In this document: piece after piece, positions 10,405-22,100 of the stretch
Layout of the letters: each line of letters opens with the position of its first letter
How positions within the stretch are numbered: position 1 is the first letter of the stretch
NCBI GenBank assembly: GCA_918797485.1
Contig: CAKKNE010000006.1
Location: 3,224,001 to 3,288,000, forward strand
Source of the DNA: Pelagomonas calceolata
Lineage: Eukaryota
Direction: 5' to 3'
Length of the DNA: 64,000 nucleotides
Made by a program: the position numbers and the translations under genes
Notes under the pieces: model-generated
Told to the model about the DNA's origin: nothing
The model's database searches: none
Seen by the model: the letters and a program-made list of their open reading frames with translations, nothing else

Positions 10405-11220
10405 ATGGCCCAGCTCGTCGAGCGCACCGCGCGGCTGGAGATCTCGCCGCCGGCGGCTGCCCCATCAGTCACAGAGGCGGCTGCCGAGGCTGCCCCACCG
10501 ATCACCCTCGACGCCGCCGCCATCGCGCAAGCCATAGAAGCCACGGGCTACTGTGTGGTCGACGACGCCCTCGGGGCCATGCACGCGGAGCAGCTCGGCG
10601 CGGCCTGCCGCGCCGTACCGAAGGCGCCGGCCACCATACAAGAAGGAACAGATCGAATCAACGATAGCAAGCGGCGGGACGACTCCGTCGCGTTCCTCAA
10701 GGACAGCAAGGCGCCTCCGATAGAACGGCACCGCGCCGCCATGGAAGGCTTACGACTACAGCTCAATAATCAACTCAACCTGAACACGGACGCCTGCAGC
10801 TTCATGTGCGCCGTCTACGAGGCCGGCGCTTCTGGGTATGTCAAGCATCGGGACTCGGCCCCAACAAAACCGTCCGGCCGGAAGCTCACGGCGATCTATT
10901 ACCTCAATCCGAATTGGCACGCTAATGCAAAGGGCGAATTACGGTTATGGGATTCAACAGGTGGCGTGCGCTTGGTCGAACCGCGAAATGATAGGTTGGT
11001 CGTGTTTCGGTCGTCCTTGGAGCACGAGGTCCTCTCGACGAAGATTGATCGGTTGGCGCTGACGACGTGGTTCTTCAACCGGCTCGAGCTCGGGCTCGAG
11101 CTGATTAAAGAGAAACGGGACGCGCAGCAGGATTTGTTCGAGTGCGAGCGGGGCTGCGGCTTCCGCGGGCCCTTCGCGGACGTGGAGAAGCACGAGGAGG
11201 CGTGTAAGTACGTGGCATAG
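10405..11220 (+). CDS. EGLN/PHD-type prolyl 4-hydroxylase (2OG-Fe(II) oxygenase) with C-terminal Cys/His motif
   Basis: GYVKHRD (HxD), RKLTAIYYLNPNW, GELRL, DRLVVFRS, HEVL, RLALTTWF. Confidence 0.88.
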   Translation: MAQLVERTARLEISPPAAAPSVTEAAAEAAPPITLDAAAIAQAIEATGYCVVDDALGAMHAEQLGAACRAVPKAPATIQEGTDRINDSKRRDDSVAFLKDSKAPPIERHRAAMEGLRLQLNNQLNLNTDACSFMCAVYEAGASGYVKHRDSAPTKPSGRKLTAIYYLNPNWHANAKGELRLWDSTGGVRLVEPRNDRLVVFRSSLEHEVLSTKIDRLALTTWFFNRLELGLELIKEKRDAQQDLFECERGCGFRGPFADVEKHEEACKYVA

Positions 11221-11269
11221 CGTATTCAGGGGTAGTATCATTACTCCGACGACGACGGCGGGCGCGCGC

Positions 11270-11830
11270 CTACTTCTGGGCGCCCTGGACCTGCGCCTGC
11301 AATTCCGCAATGCGCTTGTCCTGCGCGTCGATCAAGGCCGTGAGCTGGTCGATGGACGCCTGGTCCTTGCCGAGCTGGCGCTGCGTCTCGAGCTGGCTTC
11401 TCAAATAGGCCTGGCGCCGCTGCTCGTCGGCGATGGCGTCGAGCACCGTGAGGCCCACAACCGCGCCGGGCGAGATGCCGCCGTAGCCGTAGCCCATACC
11501 CATGCCGAACGGCGACATCATCGGCATCGGCATGACCATCGGCGACGCGTACATGCGCGTCTGCGTGCGCATGCGCGGCGCGGCCGAGTAGGACCGCGAG
11601 TAGCCGCCGCCGCGCATGCCGCCGCCGCGCATGCCGCCGCCGCCCGCGCGGCCGCCGGACCGCGCCGCGAGCGCCGGCGTGGGGATCAAGAGGGCCGCGC
11701 CTAAAGCCGCGGCCGCGGCCTGCTTGGCCGCGGCCTTCGCCTGGACCTTGAGCGTCGGCTTCTTCGGGGCCGGGGCTAACGCGCTTGCCGGAGCCGCGAG
11801 GAGGGCTAAGACCAGAGATTTGGCCACCAT
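11270..11830 (-). CDS. glycine-rich, probably plastid/thylakoid-targeted hypothetical protein
   Basis: Signal peptide (ASALAP), second hydrophobic AxA segment (PTPALA), ARSGGRAGGGG region and C-terminal coiled coil. Confidence 0.7.
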   Translation of the reverse strand: MVAKSLVLALLAAPASALAPAPKKPTLKVQAKAAAKQAAAAALGAALLIPTPALAARSGGRAGGGGMRGGGMRGGGYSRSYSAAPRMRTQTRMYASPMVMPMPMMSPFGMGMGYGYGGISPGAVVGLTVLDAIADEQRRQAYLRSQLETQRQLGKDQASIDQLTALIDAQDKRIAELQAQVQGAQK

Positions 11831-12020
11831 TTTGGCTCTGATGCTAGATCTGGTTTAGAAGTCTCCGGTGTACACCGCGAGCTGCGACACGAACTGGGCC
11901 GCGTCGATAGCGTAAGGCGAAGCGTACGAGAGCCTCTGAGCTGACAGTGAGCGAGTGCTGCCGGCGCTAGAGCGGACCAACACAGCGCAACCTTGGAGAT
12001 TTTATTTTTTAGATAACATT

Positions 12021-12896
12021 TTATTTCGGGTTTATCCGGATGCTCTCGAACTCGACGTCCGACTCATCTTCGCCACCCAAATCGCCAAGCAACTCGTCGA
12101 GCGCCGCGTCGTCGACGTCGAGGAGCGGCCAGACGTCGAAGTCCGCGTCGAGGCCGAACGCGTCCCGCAGCGGGACGACCAATCCAAACAGCTCGTCTGG
12201 ACGCGTCTCCGCAAGTTTCGAAGCTGCAGCGACGGCCGCGCCGGCGTCCTGTCCGATCACGCCGCCGATGTCGTCGGCGCTACCTTCGTCGAGCGCCGCC
12301 GACACTTCGGCCGGCGACGCGAGGCCGCGCGACGCGGGCGCCGCGTCCGACTTCTTCTTCTCGGCGTCGCGCTTCTCGAGGAACTTCCGCCGCGACGCCG
12401 AGACCTTCGTCCGTGAGCCGCGCTCGCGGGATTTCGCGCCCGGCCGGTAGCGCTCGAAGACGAGGCGCGATTTCAGAAAGGCGGCGGCCTTGCCATCATG
12501 CGGGCCCTTGCGCGGCGTCTGGGCGAGGAACGTCGCGTTTTTCGGGAGCGCGCTCGCTATGGTAGATGCTCTCGCGACCGTATCAGTCGCAAACCGCCGG
12601 AAGCCCGCACCAAACGCGATGACCGCGGCGGCCTCACTCTTTGAAATGACGCAGACCTTTGATGGTGCAATATCTCGCTCGACGCAGAGTTGGGCACAGG
12701 CGGCACACCGCCTCTTGTAGCGGTCCAAAGCGTCGACGTCGTCCAGACCTGCCAGGTCGATGTCATCGCCGCTGGTATCAGCCCATAGCTCGTCGTCGGT
12801 TGCGGCGCAGCGTTTGGTGCGCGCGCGGTGGAATGCCGGCTGCAGTGCGGTGCAGCATAGCAGCGCTGCAAATATCGCGCCGCATGGATGCCGCAT
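12021..12896 (-). CDS. hypothetical protein with signal peptide and acidic C-terminus
   Basis: ~290-aa ORF with a hydrophobic N-terminus and coding-like codon bias. Confidence 0.55.
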   Translation of the reverse strand: MRHPCGAIFAALLCCTALQPAFHRARTKRCAATDDELWADTSGDDIDLAGLDDVDALDRYKRRCAACAQLCVERDIAPSKVCVISKSEAAAVIAFGAGFRRFATDTVARASTIASALPKNATFLAQTPRKGPHDGKAAAFLKSRLVFERYRPGAKSRERGSRTKVSASRRKFLEKRDAEKKKSDAAPASRGLASPAEVSAALDEGSADDIGGVIGQDAGAAVAAASKLAETRPDELFGLVVPLRDAFGLDADFDVWPLLDVDDAALDELLGDLGGEDESDVEFESIRINPK

Positions 12897-13073
12897 TGCC
12901 ACTGACGCTATAGCACTCAAGTGTGTGAGTCAGTAGACGGTCGCACAGCGTCTGGCGGCACAAATGGCACGCCGCACGCCGATTGCACTTGCGCAGCCGA
13001 AGCAGCGTGCAAAAACACACTAGTCGCGTGAAAACGTCGCCAGCCGGAACAACGATACAACCACGAACAACAC

Positions 13074-16000
13074 TTACCCCGAAGAAGAACTAGCCTGCCG
13101 CGCGACGAGCGCCGCGAGACGACTCGACGGATCCGCCAACAAATCGACAGATGCCCCGCGCTCCACGACCACACCGCGGTCCATCACTATACAAGAATCA
13201 AACCTCGAAACGTGCCGCAACCGGTGGCAGATGGCCAGCACGGTGGCGTCCAACCCCAGCAGCACGTCGTGCACTCTCGAGTCAGCGACCTCGTCCACAT
13301 TTGACGAACACTCGTCCGCGACTAATAGGGAAGGCGGCGCCGGCAACAACGCCCGAGCCAGCGCGAGGAGCTGTCTCTCCCCCGAACTGAAGTCGGCGCC
13401 GCCCTCCCTCACCTCAAAATCCAAACCTCCACACCGCGACACGCAGGCCGCCGCCCCGACAAGTCGTAAAGCGGCCCATATTATATCATCATTTATATTT
13501 GATGGTCCGACCAAGTTCCTCCGTAAGGTATCGGCTCGGAGCGTCGCGTCCTGCTGGACGACCCGCACCAATGACCTCAATGCACGTAACGAGAGGCCGG
13601 AGACGTCGATGCCGTCGACTCGGATCGCACCGTCGAACTCGTACAACCGCGCGAGACACTGCACTAAGGATGATTTGCCCGAGCCGGTGCGCCCGCAGAT
13701 GGCCACTTTTTCACCCTTTGATACGGAGAACGAGACGCCCCTCAAAGCGAGCGGCCGTTCTAGCCGATAGCGCAACTTTAGGTGACGCACCTCCAACGCG
13801 CACGGTTCTGACCCTTCGTACTCATCTCCTTCCGTCCGTTCGGGATGTAACCGGCAGTACTGCGCCACGCGCTCCACAGACACAAACTGCGCTTCCAGGG
13901 TTGCGAGGCCTGCGCGGAACGGCCTCAAACTCGAAAAAGAGACCACCCACAACATGATACGAGTCTCATCAAGTGAAGGAACACTTCAAAACGCCGAGGT
14001 CGCACCGGTCATGTAGTCCATCGCCGCGCGCTGCAGCGAGGCCGAGTAGAGCAACACCAAGCCGAGCTGCCCCGTCGTCATGCGACCGCGCGACACGAGG
14101 TAGACGCCCAGCAACCCCGCGCCCAGATACAGCACGCAGCCGTTCTGCGTCGTCAGCCTGCGCGGAGCATTTCCGTCAAAGCGGTCCGAATGGCCTCAAA
14201 CTCGGAAAAGAAACGACCCACGACCTCGTCTGATGGACACGAGTCGCTTCGATGGCGTGAAGGCGTCTCTACACAACGGGACGCCGAGATCGCACGCTTG
14301 ACTCCATTTGCAAACCGCCTCGTTCGCGTAGCGGCCGGTCGCCATGCGATTCGTCAAGGCTTCGTTCTGTCGTTCGAACCTCGAAACGGCGCCAAAGGCT
14401 CGGATCGTACCTCGCCCTCTTATACAATCGTGGAAATGGGCGTAGCAGGGACCGTGGGCCTCGGCCTCTAATCTGCGAGCGTCCCTCGCCGCGATCCTCA
14501 CCGTCCGGAAGATGAACACGTACGGGATTAGGATCAATGGTAGAGACAGCGCCACGAAGGGCGCGAAGAACAAGACCAATCCTAGCTGCGACGTCACGTC
14601 TAGGGTCCGGGTCAACTGGTCTAGCGTTGTGGTGGGGACCTGTGTAGAAATCAAATTTCGGGCACCCCACGCCATCGACGCGATGTTGTCTCCGTAGCTG
14701 CGTCTGCTCGATGGCGTGGAGTCGACGAAGTCTCCACGATAACCTAACTCACTGGATGATTTCCACACAGGTCGGAACGTCCATGTCGACGTTCGCCAGG
14801 TCCTGTAAAAAGCGGTTCAGGACGTTGCCGATTGGTGTGGAATCGAAGAAAGCCATGGACGTGGAGATTACTGCTGTGAGCATCTTCTCATGTAAACTTT
14901 TTGAGGCGTCCAAGGCGCACAACGTCAGTATGATCGTTTGTAGGGCTAGGACAACAGCTTGGACGCCCCCGATGAGCACATACGTAACTAATCCATGTAG
15001 CTGTTTCGAACGAGATCCGCCGCCTGCGCGGAGCATCGTATTCACTGGAAACGGTCCGAACGGCCCCAAATTCGAAAAAGAAACCACCCACTTCATGGTG
15101 AGATGCACACGAGTCACATCAACAAAGTGAAGACACCGCAACACGACGGGACGCCGAGATCGCGCCGTCGGCCCAGTCGGACAGCCACACGTTCGCGGCG
15201 ACCCCGAGGCCGCAGCCCGACAGAGCCAGTAGGAGCAGCAAGATGACTTTTCCGTGTGTACCAAAGGCGTCCAGGTACATGCGGAAGTCGCTCCAAGCAA
15301 TAAAGCCTTCCCTTCGGCGCTCTTCGACCCTCGACCCTCGGAGAGTAGCTATGACGTCTTCCACAAAATGAGCGTCCACCACTTGCCCGTGGCGATCGAA
15401 TAACGCCGCTCGCAAGGCCTTCTCGACGTCTTGCAAGGGCGGGTGTTCCTCTACCTCTTCTTCTTCGTCGACCACAGATGTAGTCGCGTGGCCGTTCGTC
15501 TCCCGAGGTACACTACACTCACCTAAGGAAATGACGCGAGAAACTTCAGAACGAGACGCGTAGTGCAGCTGGTGCGTCGCGAGGACGACGCAGCAGCCCT
15601 CTTCACGAAGATGGACGATCGCGTCGGACCAGATCGCGCTGCCCGTGTGCGCATCCACAGCACTGAGCACGTCGTCTAAGATGCATAAAGACGGTTTCGC
15701 GTACAACGCGCGCGCTAGTGCCACTCGAGCTCGTTGGCCTCCGGACAACTGGACGCCGGCCGGGCCGACTCGTGCCTCCAACCCACAAGGCAAGGCCTCC
15801 AAATCCTTCGACAGTTGCGCTCGTCGCACGGCATCCCTCAATCGCTCGTCGTCTCGTGCCAACCCGAACAGAATGTTCTCCTCAATTGAACCTTCAGACA
15901 GGAACGGCCGTTGGGCTACATAAGCTCTCTGGTCAGACGCGACAACTTGACCAGTTAATGGACGTAACGCCCGCGCCAACGTAGCTAACAGTGTCGACTT

Positions 16001-17706
16001 GCCGCTTCCCACCGGTCCCGTTATCACCACCAAGTCGCCCTTGTCACATGCGATGTCTACAGTAACCTCGGCATACCTTACCGTACCCACGAAACGACAT
16101 ACTTGAGACGCGTCCTCGTCCTCCTCGACATGTTCCGATGAGAGGAAACGCCCCAGCCGCTCGCAGGACGGCTGGAGGGCGGCCCACAAGTTGTAGATGT
16201 CGGGTAAAGTGTTAATGGACCTGTGTCGAACGACGGCGTCGCGGCGGTGCGGCATCGCGGCGACGCCGTCACGGCGACCACGTCATGCGTGGAGCGTCGT
16301 GGTCCCTCGACTCGGTCCGAACAAAGACGACGCGCGTCGATGGCGTGAAGGCGCCACAGCACCGCGGGACGCCGAGTCACGGACCACCGCATCTGCTGGA
16401 TCCACGCCAAGGCGGCGAACGCGACAGCCGGGGTTAGTATTTTATGATCCACAACAGTATAATAGGAGAAGATCGACGCGGGCACGGCCAGGCCCGACAA
16501 CGAGCCTAATAAAATATTTGCGGCGTCCAAGAGCCTTATTGATACGAGATGGCGCATCTCTATGTTACGGGCGTCGTCGATCTGGTCCTTGGCGTCGTCG
16601 ATCCAGCCTCGCAGTTTCAGTAACCGAGCCGACGCGACGCACTCACTCACTAACGACGCGCGCTTATCCCTCGCTTCCTGCAGTCTAGCGACGATAGGTT
16701 TGGTCCGTCTCGCAAGCAACATCGATAAATGGTTCGTCACCAACAACGTACCTGCGCCGCAGAGGGCCGCGTTTCCGAGCAACGAATACATGCAGTACAC
16801 GACAGCAGGTAAAGAGACAACTGCAAAGCTCCACTGGGCCAGAAAGAAGACCGTCCACGTCCACCTTCCTAGCTTATCGGCGTCGGTCGCCATCAGATTC
16901 GTGAGTGCGCCACTGTCCATGTCTGTTTCGTGTCTTAACGCTTTCGCGAACACGGCTGGTCCAATAGCTGTGCGCGCGTTGTTCATCACTCTTACGGAGC
17001 CAAAGAAGCAGACCTCCATGCACGAGACGCGCAGGAACATTGAGACTGCCAAGAATAAAGCGTAGCCGTAGTTCCTTTCCGTTTGTTTTTGATTATCAGC
17101 GGCATCTAAGAGCTTTTTTAGGATAAGAGGATCTAAGAACATCAGTCCCAGAAAGGCCCACCCATGTAAGAGTGTCTTCACTAATACTCGTTTCTGGATG
17201 CTATACAGTAACGTGACGAGGAGGCTTCTCTTGTTAGAAACGTCGAGCCACACTTCACAAAACCGTTTTTTGAGAAATGACGCGCGATCATGGGTCGGTA
17301 ATTGGGGAAGGTCGTCGGGTCGTAATTTATGCAAAGCGTTGGCTCGTCGTAGCGTCGGCGTGACCCACCAGAACGTGTAGGTGGCCACGACGCCGGCGCG
17401 GTCCTCCGGTGAACCGGTCCGTTCAATGGTGTAGAGCTCGGCGAGGAGCCAGCTGATGAGGATGGACAGGGCAACGGTCGCGCAAATGAGGCCTCCGCAA
17501 ATCTGGTGTGTGCACGCCCTGACATGCGGCGGCCACTGGAAACCGAGCTGCCACGCGGCGATCGAGAGGTGCGCTATCGCTGCGGCGAGTAATGTGCGCG
17601 CGATGGGCCATTTCTTGGCCTTGGCCTGCTGCGGTTCGGCCCGTACGGCCTCCTCGGCCGCGAGCAGCGGCTCGGAGAGATCGTTGTGGCGCATGCTATC
17701 GGTCAT
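13074..17706 (-). CDS. ABCC/MRP-type ABC transporter (~1317 aa), 5 introns
   Basis: TMD-NBD-TMD-NBD. Walker A GPVGSGKS and GRTGSGKS; signatures LSGGQ and FSSGE; FFDSTPIG. Removing introns 16221-16384, 15024-15165, 14640-14778, 14158-14295 and 13910-14005 gives 3954 nt in frame. Confidence 0.93.
13910..14005 (-). mobile_element. introner-like intron (96 bp)
   Basis: GTGCGACCTCGGCG...TTCGAGTTTGAGGCCGTTCCGCGCAG; restores MTG|LATLE. Confidence 0.85.
14158..14295 (-). mobile_element. introner-like intron (138 bp)
   Basis: GTGCGATCTCGGCGTCCCG...CGGACCGC...CTCCGCGCAG. Confidence 0.85.
14640..14778 (-). mobile_element. introner-like intron, TIR class (139 bp)
   Basis: TIRs CTGTGT(A/G)GAAATCA at both ends of 14640-14770; flanks GTTCCGAC/GTCCCCAC (6/8 match). 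Confidence 0.92.
15024..15165 (-). mobile_element. introner-like intron, GC donor (142 bp)
   Basis: GCGCGATCTCGGCGTCCCG...ATGCTCCGCGCAG. Confidence 0.85.
16221..16384 (-). mobile_element. introner-like intron (164 bp)
   Basis: GTCCGTGACTCGGCG...CGACGCCGTCGTTCGACACAG; restores W|SINTLP. Confidence 0.85.
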
Positions 17707-17818
17707 TCTGTTGCATGGGCGTCATCATCTGATGTGTGGAGGTCCGGAATCGATCGCAACGGCCTTGGATAGCGCGCACTGGCCCGAGTACAAGCGCTTC
17801 AGCGCAGCGCTCTGCTTC

Positions 17819-17839
17819 CTAGTGTCTTATCACCGCTAG
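17819..17839. promoter_or_regulatory. recurrent upstream motif copy
   Basis: CTAGTGTCTTATCACCGCTAG between divergent starts 17706 and 18101. Confidence 0.6.
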
Positions 17840-18100
17840 TTGCGCGCTGCAGGGGGAAAAGGCTGCCAGCAGCCTCAATCTCGCGGCCCAGCACGCTATC
17901 GATCAAGCATACGTTCCAGCTGCCCGGTCATCGCCAGGAGGCAGCAAGAAAAGCGCGCGAGACCGCCCAGGAGACGCAAGAAGCAGGGAGAGCTCACGCG
18001 TCCGCCTCCACGCCATCGGCGCGACAGGCCCACGCGGGAGACGCCAGGGCCCGGGAGAGGCCACGCGCCCGAGACGCGGCCTTAGAACGAAGCCAGAACC

Positions 18101-19090
18101 ATGACGCGCGGCGCCGGTAGCTACCACTTCGCCCTGCGCGAGAAGCTCAAAGGCTTCGAGAGCATCAAAGCCATACAAGATAAAGGCCTCGTTTACGACT
18201 ATACGACGACGCTGGGCGTCCAAAAGACGGCTTTTGCGGTGGATTCGATAGATGAGGCGAAGCGCTTCTACAACGAAGTGTTAGGTTGTCCAGAAGTCAC
18301 CTTTCGCAGCCCGTACTTCCTCGAGGTCCCGCTCTTCGGCAAGCTGTTCGTGGCCGTACTCATAGACGGCTACCGGGGGCCACCACCTCAACGGGCGCGG
18401 ACGGTCGTGCAGGAGCCGTGTTTTGGGGTTGAGACCACTGCCGTGAATTTCCGCGCGTTCGTGGCGCGATTGCAACGAGCTGGCGTCCCCTACGAGTACG
18501 TGGCGTCGCCCGACTTCGAGAACGGCCTGACCTGCTGCTTCTGCGAGGACCCGGCGGGGCACCGTTTGTACGTCGCCGCCGACGTTCCCCGGCCGGCGAC
18601 GCGGCGGGCCTCGCTCGAAGGCCTCGACCTGTCCGCGATGACGCAAACGCCGTACACGCTACCGTCGCGCGAGGACGCGGCGACGAGTCGCTATACGATC
18701 ACGCCGCCGCCTCCAGATTACACCGATGATGCGGAGGGTATGAGGTGGTATCCATGTGATCGGGCGGACGAAAGTCTCGCGCGGCCGATTCCCGGGACGG
18801 CACAACGCGAAATCGTCGTCGCGGCGCCGGCGCCGACGCGGTCTACCCGGAGGAAAGCGCGCGCCCCTACGCGCACGTCGACCGACGCGCCGCCGGCGCC
18901 GTGGCGCTCAGGCGTCGCGCTATGTGATGAACGCATCGACGCGTTCAGGGTGATGCTGTCGAAGAGGCCAGCCGCTCAACCCCCTTGGCGCTGCCTGCAT
19001 TGTTCCACGGAGAACGAGCCCGTCGTCGACTGGTGCCGCCTCTGCCGCGCGGGGCGGATACGGGTGGTGTCGCTAGCAATAGCCTCGTAA
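18101..19090 (+). CDS. glyoxalase/VOC-domain protein with C-terminal RanBP2-type zinc finger
   Basis: AFAVDSIDEAKRFYNEVLG and FCEDPAGHRL (VOC); WRCLHCSTENEPVVDWCRLC (ZnF-RanBP2). Confidence 0.75.
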   Translation: MTRGAGSYHFALREKLKGFESIKAIQDKGLVYDYTTTLGVQKTAFAVDSIDEAKRFYNEVLGCPEVTFRSPYFLEVPLFGKLFVAVLIDGYRGPPPQRARTVVQEPCFGVETTAVNFRAFVARLQRAGVPYEYVASPDFENGLTCCFCEDPAGHRLYVAADVPRPATRRASLEGLDLSAMTQTPYTLPSREDAATSRYTITPPPPDYTDDAEGMRWYPCDRADESLARPIPGTAQREIVVAAPAPTRSTRRKARAPTRTSTDAPPAPWRSGVALCDERIDAFRVMLSKRPAAQPPWRCLHCSTENEPVVDWCRLCRAGRIRVVSLAIAS

Positions 19091-19102
19091 GAAACTTATC
19101 AC

Positions 19103-22100
19103 CTAGCGGTTGACGACGCCGAACGCCTTCCGCCCGGCGCGCTTGGGGACGAGCTGCTTCGCCGGCCCCGGCTCCACGTTCGCCGCCGGCTGGCATAATC
19201 GGGGAGAGGGAAACGCCGCCGACACGGCCGAGAGCCGCCGCGTCGCGGCCGTCCCGGACGCGGCGAAGCTCAATCCATCCGAAGCGAGCCACGACCGGCG
19301 ACACGCCGGCGCGACGACGCGCTCGCCCGTCTCCTCGTCCTGCGGCGGCGGCGGCGGCGGCGGCGGGCGCGCGTCGTCGCCGGCATAGTCGAGCTCGTCG
19401 GCCGCGTCGTCCTCTGCAGTAACCTCGCGGCGCGGCGCTCTAGCTGCGGCGGCCTCGGCGACGGCGCCCGTCGCGAGGCTGATCGAGGCCAGCACCGACG
19501 ACAGGCGCGGCACGCGCTTCACCTCCGGCGGGGGCGGCGCGGCGGCCGCGGGTTCCGCATCGACCGACGGCGCCGCCGCGGCGCGCCGGGCGGCCACCGC
19601 CGCGCGCCGCGCCGCGAGCGCCGCCCGGCGCGTCGCCTTGGCGGTGTCCTCCGTCTCCTCGGCGGTCGACGGCTCCTCGGCGGCCGCCTCCGGCGCGGAC
19701 TCCTCCGAGGCGGCCGCGTCGACCGGCGCCGCCGCCGCGGGCTCCGCCGGCACGACAGGCTCCTCCGGGGCGGCCGCCGGCGCCGCGCCCGTGTCGCCCG
19801 GCGGCGGCGCCAGCACGCGGAAGCCCGGAGCGACCGCCGCGTCCGCGGCGACGAGCGCATTCAAAGCCTCCGAACCATCACTGGAAGCGTAGTGGGCTCG
19901 TAACCGCGCCACGAGCTCCGACTTCCGGCCCGCTAATTTCAACTGCAGGGGCCGCAGCTTGTCCTTCAACTGAGGCACCGTGAGGCCATCGAGCCCATCA
20001 CCAGTCAACGCGACGGGAGGCTTCTTCCGCCTTCTGGTAACGTGCTGCGTTTCTTCCTCCTCGTCATCTTCTTCCGACGACGACGCCTCGAACTCGGAGC
20101 CCGACGACACCTGCTGGCGAGGCCGAAACAAGTGCGCCTGCCGCCGAGACGGCTGCAGGATTTGACCCCTAGGACGGACCTTCTCCTTCGCAGCCGCGCG
20201 CGTCTCGGGCGGTGCGGGCGGCGCCCGTAATTCCGCCTTGACGAGGCGGTCGTGGTACCACCGCAGCGCCAACCGCGCGTCCGCCGCACTTGTCGGCGCG
20301 TAGGCCTGCACCGAAGCCCCGGCCTTCGACTTCTCGACGGCGTGTTGAATATGAGCATCTAACCTCTGCGCGAGGTGCTTCAGGTCGGAAGACTTTGATT
20401 CCGGAAGGCGTTTAGCTCGCGCTTGCGCCTCGTCGCACCGTCTTCTCAACACGTGGGCCTCGCGCGCGTGCTGCGCTTTCAGTCGCGTGATTTCGGCCTG
20501 GGACTTGGTGCCCGTGCGCTGGGCTCTCATTAGTTCGTGGGCGGCGGTCCTCTTCTCTTGCAAGCGCTGACTCGTTTCGCTCCGAAGTTTGTTGACGGCG
20601 TCGACGCGCTGCCTCCTGAGGACGTCGGCCTTCGCTCGTAATGACGCCGCCTCGGCTTCCGCTCTACGTCTTAACCCCTCGACCCTCGAAGCTTCTTGCT
20701 TCGTGGACTTCAGTTCTCGGCGCTTCGCCTCGAGGTCCCTTCTTCTCCTGTCGAGGGCGTCCCTTAAAGCCTCCTCCCTCCTCCTGGAGAAGTCGTCCGT
20801 CTTCTTGCGCGACAACGCGTCGGTCAGGTCCCGTTCGGCCTTTTCCCTAGCTTGCTCGAGGAAGGCTACCTCGGCATCCAAACTTGATACGGCCTCTGCG
20901 AATTGTTGTCTCAGTTCGCCCATGCGCTTTTCTTCGGCCTTGAGCGTCGTGATGGCAGCGACCTGTTGGGCCTCCGCCGAGTCCGGAGCAGGCGCGCCCG
21001 GTTCCCGCGACGCGAGTTGCCGTCGACATGCCGCCAATTCCTCACGTAATTGAGCGACAACATCAACGTCCTTCCCGCTCGACAGGCGCGCCCGGTCCGC
21101 CTGCATCGTCGCGGCCAGGGCTTCCGCTTTGGCCGCAACCAATGCAGCTTCGGCACACCGCTGCTTCCGCCGCGCGTCGTACAGCGCGTCGTGGTCCGAC
21201 TCCTTGACCACTTTACCTTCACCAGACAGTTGAGCCCTTAACTCGGCGTTCTCGCGCCGTAGCGCCGCGATCAGCAATTGCTCGGGCGTCTCCGCGATGT
21301 TGTGGCGCACGGCCGTGTTCGCGATGCTCCGCGCTCGCGACGCGTACCGCAACGTGTTCACGGTCTCTTCCGCATCGTCCGTTCGAGGTGAGACACAAGC
21401 CACGACCCACGTCGACGCCGTGCCTCCCAACGAGTCCTTTAGCAGCCGCGTGAGCTTCGAGTCCCGAAACGGCGCGTGCTTCCGCGTCCCCTTACCTTCC
21501 TCGTTCGACGCCAACGCCGCGACGACGTTGCCGAGGGCTAATAAACCTTTGTTGATCTCGATGCCCTCCCGCAGCCGCTGGCCCTGCGCCTGCGTCCGCG
21601 CGGCGCGCTCGGAACCTGCGCGCGGTTGCCCGTGATCGTCGCTCGCCCTCCCGCGACGACGCGCTCGCATTGCCGTTTCGCGACGGCGTCGGAGAGTCGC
21701 GGCCACCATCAAACGAGGACGCCGCGTCAGACCGGCCAGATCCACTAGAACGAGCTTGCCCACGGAGCCGTTCGCGCGCCGCACTCTCACTTGGAGCAAG
21801 GCGTGACTTCTAGAGGACCGGTCGTTCATCTTCGTCGCGCCCGTCCTTCTCCGTAACGCGCCGCGATGCAGCAAGCGGCCCGCGTCTCCTATATTACTCA
21901 CGTCGCTCTCCGTCAGGCCCGGCACGACGACACTCCCAGAAGCGTCCTCCCGTACTGTGAGAGGCTCCTCGTCTAGAGCTAATAAATCGTAGACGGCCTC
22001 GTTGTAGACCTCGAGGTACGAGAGGCCGACCGTGCAGTCCTTTAAGGCTCGGCACCTGTGTGGACGTCAAAATCTTACGGCTCGTCCTCCACGCCATCGA

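Noticed and set aside
13074..17706. ABC transporter, kinesin and other split ORFs as frameshifted pseudogenes
   Set aside because: Each break coincides with a GY...AG insert whose removal restores frame and motifs.
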